Positions 7,199 to 10,994 of a stretch of 10,994 nucleotides of DNA are shown in pieces. Below the pieces are notes generated by a model. The model was not told where the DNA came from, did no database searches, and saw only the letters and a program-made list of their open reading frames with translations. Positions within the stretch are counted from its first letter, which is position 1; every line of letters starts with the position of its first letter. Location: positions 1-10,994 of the forward strand of contig CALKOM010000162.1 of NCBI GenBank assembly GCA_938091905.1, written 5' to 3'. The position numbers and the translations under genes are program-made. This DNA comes from an uncultured Verrucomicrobiales bacterium. GTDB taxonomy: Bacteria > Verrucomicrobiota > Verrucomicrobiia > Verrucomicrobiales > DEV007.

Positions 7199-10100
7199 AT
7201 GACACTGATCGACTACTGCATCAGGCAACCCATCTCCGTTGCAGTCGGCGTTGGTCTGGCCGTGCTTGCCGGAATCCTTGCATTTACGAGTGTGCCCGTG
7301 CAAATGAAGCCCGAGGTGGACTCCGTGGTCATTTCGATCAGTTCGCTATGGGAAAGCGCCTCCGCAGAAGAAATCGAGAGTGATATCATCGAAGAGCAAG
7401 AGAAGGTTCTCGGTGATGTTACGGGGCTCGCCTCGATGACCAGCAATAGTCGGGCTGGTCAAGGCACCGTTCGCCTTGAGTTCGTCACGGGCACAAATAT
7501 CGATGAAGCGAAGGCCGAGGTACTTCAGAAGCTCGACGAAGTTCCCGGCTATCCTGACAATGTACTTCAGCCCGTGGTCGAAGACATCGATCCAGAATCA
7601 GTCGACTACATCGCCTGGGTCGGCCTGTCCTCCACCGATCCTAGCTTTGACACGACTACGCTCTATGACTTCATGGAGCGCCGCCTCAAACCGCGCTTCG
7701 AACGGCTCAATGGTGTGGCCGAAGTCGGCATTCGGGGTGCCAGGCAAGCAGAGATTCAAATTCGAGTCGACCAGCATGCCTTGGCCCAGCGCAGGATCAC
7801 TTGGCAGGAACTCAGCGAAGCCATTCGCAATTCAAACGCCAATTTCTCAGCCGGACTCCTTCCCGAGGGCAAACGCGACATTCGCATCCGTGCCACCGGC
7901 CGTTTCGAGACTCCTAGCGAAGTGCTCAACATGATCGTTCGACGTGATAGTGCTGGCCCAGTCTATCTGCGAGATATCGCCAAGGTCGTTCAAACGCACA
8001 AGGAGAAGGCCAACTGGTCCCGGGCTCGAGGCCATCAAATGCCGTTCTTCAACTACCTCTTGCAGCGCGGCGGTAATCTCATCGGCACCATGGATGCCAT
8101 CAAAGTAGAGATCGCGTCCATGAATGCACCCGATGGCGTTCTTGCGGAGCACGCCCGTCAATTAGGGATCAATGGCACGCTCGAACTTGTGCAGGTCTAT
8201 GACGCCACTACCTATGTCAAAGACGCCATCAACCTGGTTCAAGGGAATATTTTGATCGGCGGCATCCTTGCTACCCTCACACTACTCTTCTTTCTCCGAT
8301 CGCTCCGCACTGTCGGAGTCATTGGTCTTGCCATCCCAATTTCAGTCATCGGTGCCATTGTTGTGCTCGTGGCGCTCGGGCGATCCGTAAATATTATCTC
8401 GCTCGCAGGCATGGCCTTCGCTGTCGGCATGGTTGTCGATAACGCGATCGTTGTAATCGAGAATATCTACCGGCATCTCGAAATGGGGAAATCGGCTCGG
8501 GAAGCGTCTTCCAAAGGCGCTAGCGAAGTGGCCGGAGCCGTCGTCGCTTCGACCGTAACAACGATGGCTGTGTTTCTGCCCATCCTTTTTATTGAGGAAA
8601 CCGCTGGCCAACTTTTTAAAGACATTGCTTACGCCATCATGGCCGCCGTCGCTCTTAGTCTTGTCGTTTCCCTCACCGTGATCCCCGCAGCTGCTGCACG
8701 TATTCTAAAACATCATGGTGACCCACAGCCTGTAAAACGCTCCAGCCGACTAAGGCATTTGCTAAACCAACTACCCGACGGAATCGCGAAGATCATCACG
8801 GTAATCAATCGTAGCTGGGTTAGTCGTCTAACCGTCATCCTCGCCTTCACTTTGGGAACCCTGGTGGGCATCAAAGTCCTGCTACCACCTCTCGATTACC
8901 TCCCTAAAGGCAATCGCAACTTGGTCTTCGGGCTGATGATTCCCCCTCCCGGCTATAATCTAGACCAGCTGATAACCATGGGACAACGCGTGGAGGCAGC
9001 CATGAAACCTTCGTGGGAATTGGTGAAAGATCAGTTTACCGTTGAAAGCATCGTCAGGGAACAGGCCGGCGAGGAACGGAAAGAGCCCGAGCTAGTCCCG
9101 GCTGCACCTGGAGCACCACCAAGCGTTATGCCACCTCCACTCGAAAACTACTTCCTTGTGAGTTTTGATGGACGGCTCTTTCATGGTTCGATCTCGGCCG
9201 ACAAGCGCCGTGTCATCGATGCCCAGCCGCTGATGAACTTTGCAACAGGTGCTCACAATGCTCCTGACACATTGGCTTTCTCATTCCAAATGCCATTGTT
9301 CCGCGTGGGCGGTAATACGGGCTCTGCCATTAACATCGATCTCAAAGGGCGCAATCTGGACGATGTGACCACGGCGGCTCAGAGCCTAATGTTCGGTCTC
9401 TTTGGGAAATTCGGTCCTTACAGCGTCAATCCAGCCCCTGCCAATTTCACCTTACCATCAACAGAGCTTCGCATGGTCCCGCTGGACCGGTCTCTGCGTA
9501 AACTAGGGCTCACGCGCACAGACGTTGGCCTTGCCGTGCAAGCCAATGGCGACGGCATTCTCTTCTTCCGAGATTTCGAGCAGGACGGCGAATTGCGTGA
9601 TCTAAAGGTCATTGCCCAAAGCGCGATGGAAGGAGATCCCGTGGATGCTATTCTCTCAGCGCCCCTCGCCACCCCAATTGGAGAAATTGTCGATTTGAGG
9701 ACCGTCGCCGACATTCAACGAGTGCAAGGTCCTGACGAGATCCGTCATGTTGACCGGGCCCGCGCAGTGACCCTACAATTCACACCGCCTACTGGCCTAC
9801 CGCTCGCCACCGCAATCGAAGAGGTGAATACCATTGTGAGTGATCTGCGTCAGTCTGGGGCCATTGCACCTGGGATGGATGTCCGACTAGCAGGATCAGC
9901 GGGCAAGCTCAATGAGATCAAAACCGCATTGTTAGGCAATGGGAGCCTCTTTGGTACGATATCCAGTTCGCTCTTTCTCGCATTTCTCGTTGTCTACCTG
10001 GTTCTGGTTGTTCTCTTTCAAAGCTGGAGCTATCCCATCGTCATCATGTTGACAGTGCCGCTCGCCACGTTTGGCGGCTTCTTGGGCCTATCACTCGTTC

Positions 10101-10501
10101 ATCATTGGAGCGTAGCGGATCGCTACATGCCCGTGCAGAATCTCGACATGCTGAGTATTCTTGGCTTTGTCATTCTCGCGGGAGTGGTCGTGAACAATGC
10201 GATCCTCATCATCCACCAGACTCTAAATTTCATCAACCAAGGCACCGCGACATCGCCGAATGACGCCATTCTGGAATCGGTGAAGTCACGCGTACGCCCA
10301 ATCTTGATGAGTTCTCTTACTTCGGTTGGAGGTATGATCCCCTTAGTGCTCTTGCCAGGCTCTGGCTCAGAACTCTACCGAGGTTTGGGTGCTGTTGTCG
10401 TCGGCGGCTTGTTGCTATCGACAATCTTCACGCTCATTCTCGTCCCAGCAGTCCTCAGCGCTGTCTTTGCCGTGCTTCAACCGAAACGCAAAGCGAGCTA
10501 A
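7199..10501 (+). CDS. RND efflux permease subunit (AcrB/AcrD/AcrF family), 1100 aa
   Basis: Motifs CIRQPISV, SAEEIESDI, VYLRDIAKV, GMVVDNAIVVIENIYRH, AVFLPILF, GVVVNNAILII, SRVRPILMSSLT and STIFTLILVP. Two large periplasmic loops; begins 1 bp after the adaptor stop. Confidence 0.97.
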   Translation: MTLIDYCIRQPISVAVGVGLAVLAGILAFTSVPVQMKPEVDSVVISISSLWESASAEEIESDIIEEQEKVLGDVTGLASMTSNSRAGQGTVRLEFVTGTNIDEAKAEVLQKLDEVPGYPDNVLQPVVEDIDPESVDYIAWVGLSSTDPSFDTTTLYDFMERRLKPRFERLNGVAEVGIRGARQAEIQIRVDQHALAQRRITWQELSEAIRNSNANFSAGLLPEGKRDIRIRATGRFETPSEVLNMIVRRDSAGPVYLRDIAKVVQTHKEKANWSRARGHQMPFFNYLLQRGGNLIGTMDAIKVEIASMNAPDGVLAEHARQLGINGTLELVQVYDATTYVKDAINLVQGNILIGGILATLTLLFFLRSLRTVGVIGLAIPISVIGAIVVLVALGRSVNIISLAGMAFAVGMVVDNAIVVIENIYRHLEMGKSAREASSKGASEVAGAVVASTVTTMAVFLPILFIEETAGQLFKDIAYAIMAAVALSLVVSLTVIPAAAARILKHHGDPQPVKRSSRLRHLLNQLPDGIAKIITVINRSWVSRLTVILAFTLGTLVGIKVLLPPLDYLPKGNRNLVFGLMIPPPGYNLDQLITMGQRVEAAMKPSWELVKDQFTVESIVREQAGEERKEPELVPAAPGAPPSVMPPPLENYFLVSFDGRLFHGSISADKRRVIDAQPLMNFATGAHNAPDTLAFSFQMPLFRVGGNTGSAINIDLKGRNLDDVTTAAQSLMFGLFGKFGPYSVNPAPANFTLPSTELRMVPLDRSLRKLGLTRTDVGLAVQANGDGILFFRDFEQDGELRDLKVIAQSAMEGDPVDAILSAPLATPIGEIVDLRTVADIQRVQGPDEIRHVDRARAVTLQFTPPTGLPLATAIEEVNTIVSDLRQSGAIAPGMDVRLAGSAGKLNEIKTALLGNGSLFGTISSSLFLAFLVVYLVLVVLFQSWSYPIVIMLTVPLATFGGFLGLSLVHHWSVADRYMPVQNLDMLSILGFVILAGVVVNNAILIIHQTLNFINQGTATSPNDAILESVKSRVRPILMSSLTSVGGMIPLVLLPGSGSELYRGLGAVVVGGLLLSTIFTLILVPAVLSAVFAVLQPKRKAS

Positions 10502-10994
10502 TGAAACAGATCTTATTTGCGTTCGTCACTTTCAGCATCGGCTGCACCTCGCTCACAGAGCGACTAAGCCCACTGGGTGTTGGCGCTCCAAAGGCGCCGT
10601 CCGCATTCAGCCATGCCGAAAGCAGCGATGCACCGAAACACTCCAAAGACTGGTGGAAAGTGTTTCGTGATCCTGAGATCGACAAGCTGATCAACCGTCT
10701 CCACACCGCCAATCCGAATCTTAGCGCAGCACTCGCCCGTGTCGACCAAAGCTACGCAGTACTAGGACAAACTCGCGCCGAATTCTGGCCGAGACTAAAT
10801 GGCGACGGCTCAGCAAAGACCCGCCGCGATACGATCAACGAGTTCCTCTTTCCAGTCGATACCACCGAATACGAGCGCTACCGGCTCGGGCTCAATGTGT
10901 CTTGGGAAATAGATCTCTGGGGACGCGTACGCGGTTTGGCAAAGCGTGATCGAGACAACGCTCGAGCTGAATCCGAACTGTTTCGTGACACCCA
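10501..10994 (+). CDS. Efflux outer membrane factor lipoprotein (NodT/OprM/TolC family), 5' part only
   Basis: Manual translation from ATG 10501 (TAATG overlap with the permease stop) is open to the window end: MKQILFAFVTFSIG-C (lipobox-like, Cys15)...DWWKVFRDPEIDKLI...ANPNLSAALARVDQS...FWPRLN...VSWEIDLWGRVR. Not in the ORF track because it is truncated. Confidence 0.95.
   Translation, partial: MKQILFAFVTFSIGCTSLTERLSPLGVGAPKAPSAFSHAESSDAPKHSKDWWKVFRDPEIDKLINRLHTANPNLSAALARVDQSYAVLGQTRAEFWPRLNGDGSAKTRRDTINEFLFPVDTTEYERYRLGLNVSWEIDLWGRVRGLAKRDRDNARAESELFRDT

Overview
Bacterial chromosomal window with three blocks. (1) Minus strand: an intact ~747-aa fusion of an FAD-dependent pyridine nucleotide-disulfide oxidoreductase and selenophosphate synthetase (SelD, Cys-type). 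It is coupled by a GTGA overlap to a GT-A glycosyltransferase of the TIGR04283 (rSAM/selenodomain-associated) type, which runs off the left edge and is absent from the ORF track. (2) Plus strand, ~2788-5852: two tandem, ATGA-coupled, paralogous pseudogenes for an N-terminally anchored protein built from a 32-aa helical repeat (W-x3-D-P-x-A-A-x2-W). By hand I count 7 premature stops and 6 frameshifts, plus a ~1.1-kb internal deletion in the first copy and an 18-bp tandem duplication in the second. A good sigma70-like promoter precedes them. (3) Plus strand: an intact tripartite RND efflux operon (adaptor, 1100-aa permease, NodT/OprM-type outer membrane lipoprotein truncated at the right edge). 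The repeat family suggests a Verrucomicrobia-like host (inference only). The best candidate for an undescribed system is the SelD fusion + glycosyltransferase pair, a possible selenium-glycoside or arsenic/selenium pathway whose other genes would lie left of the window.
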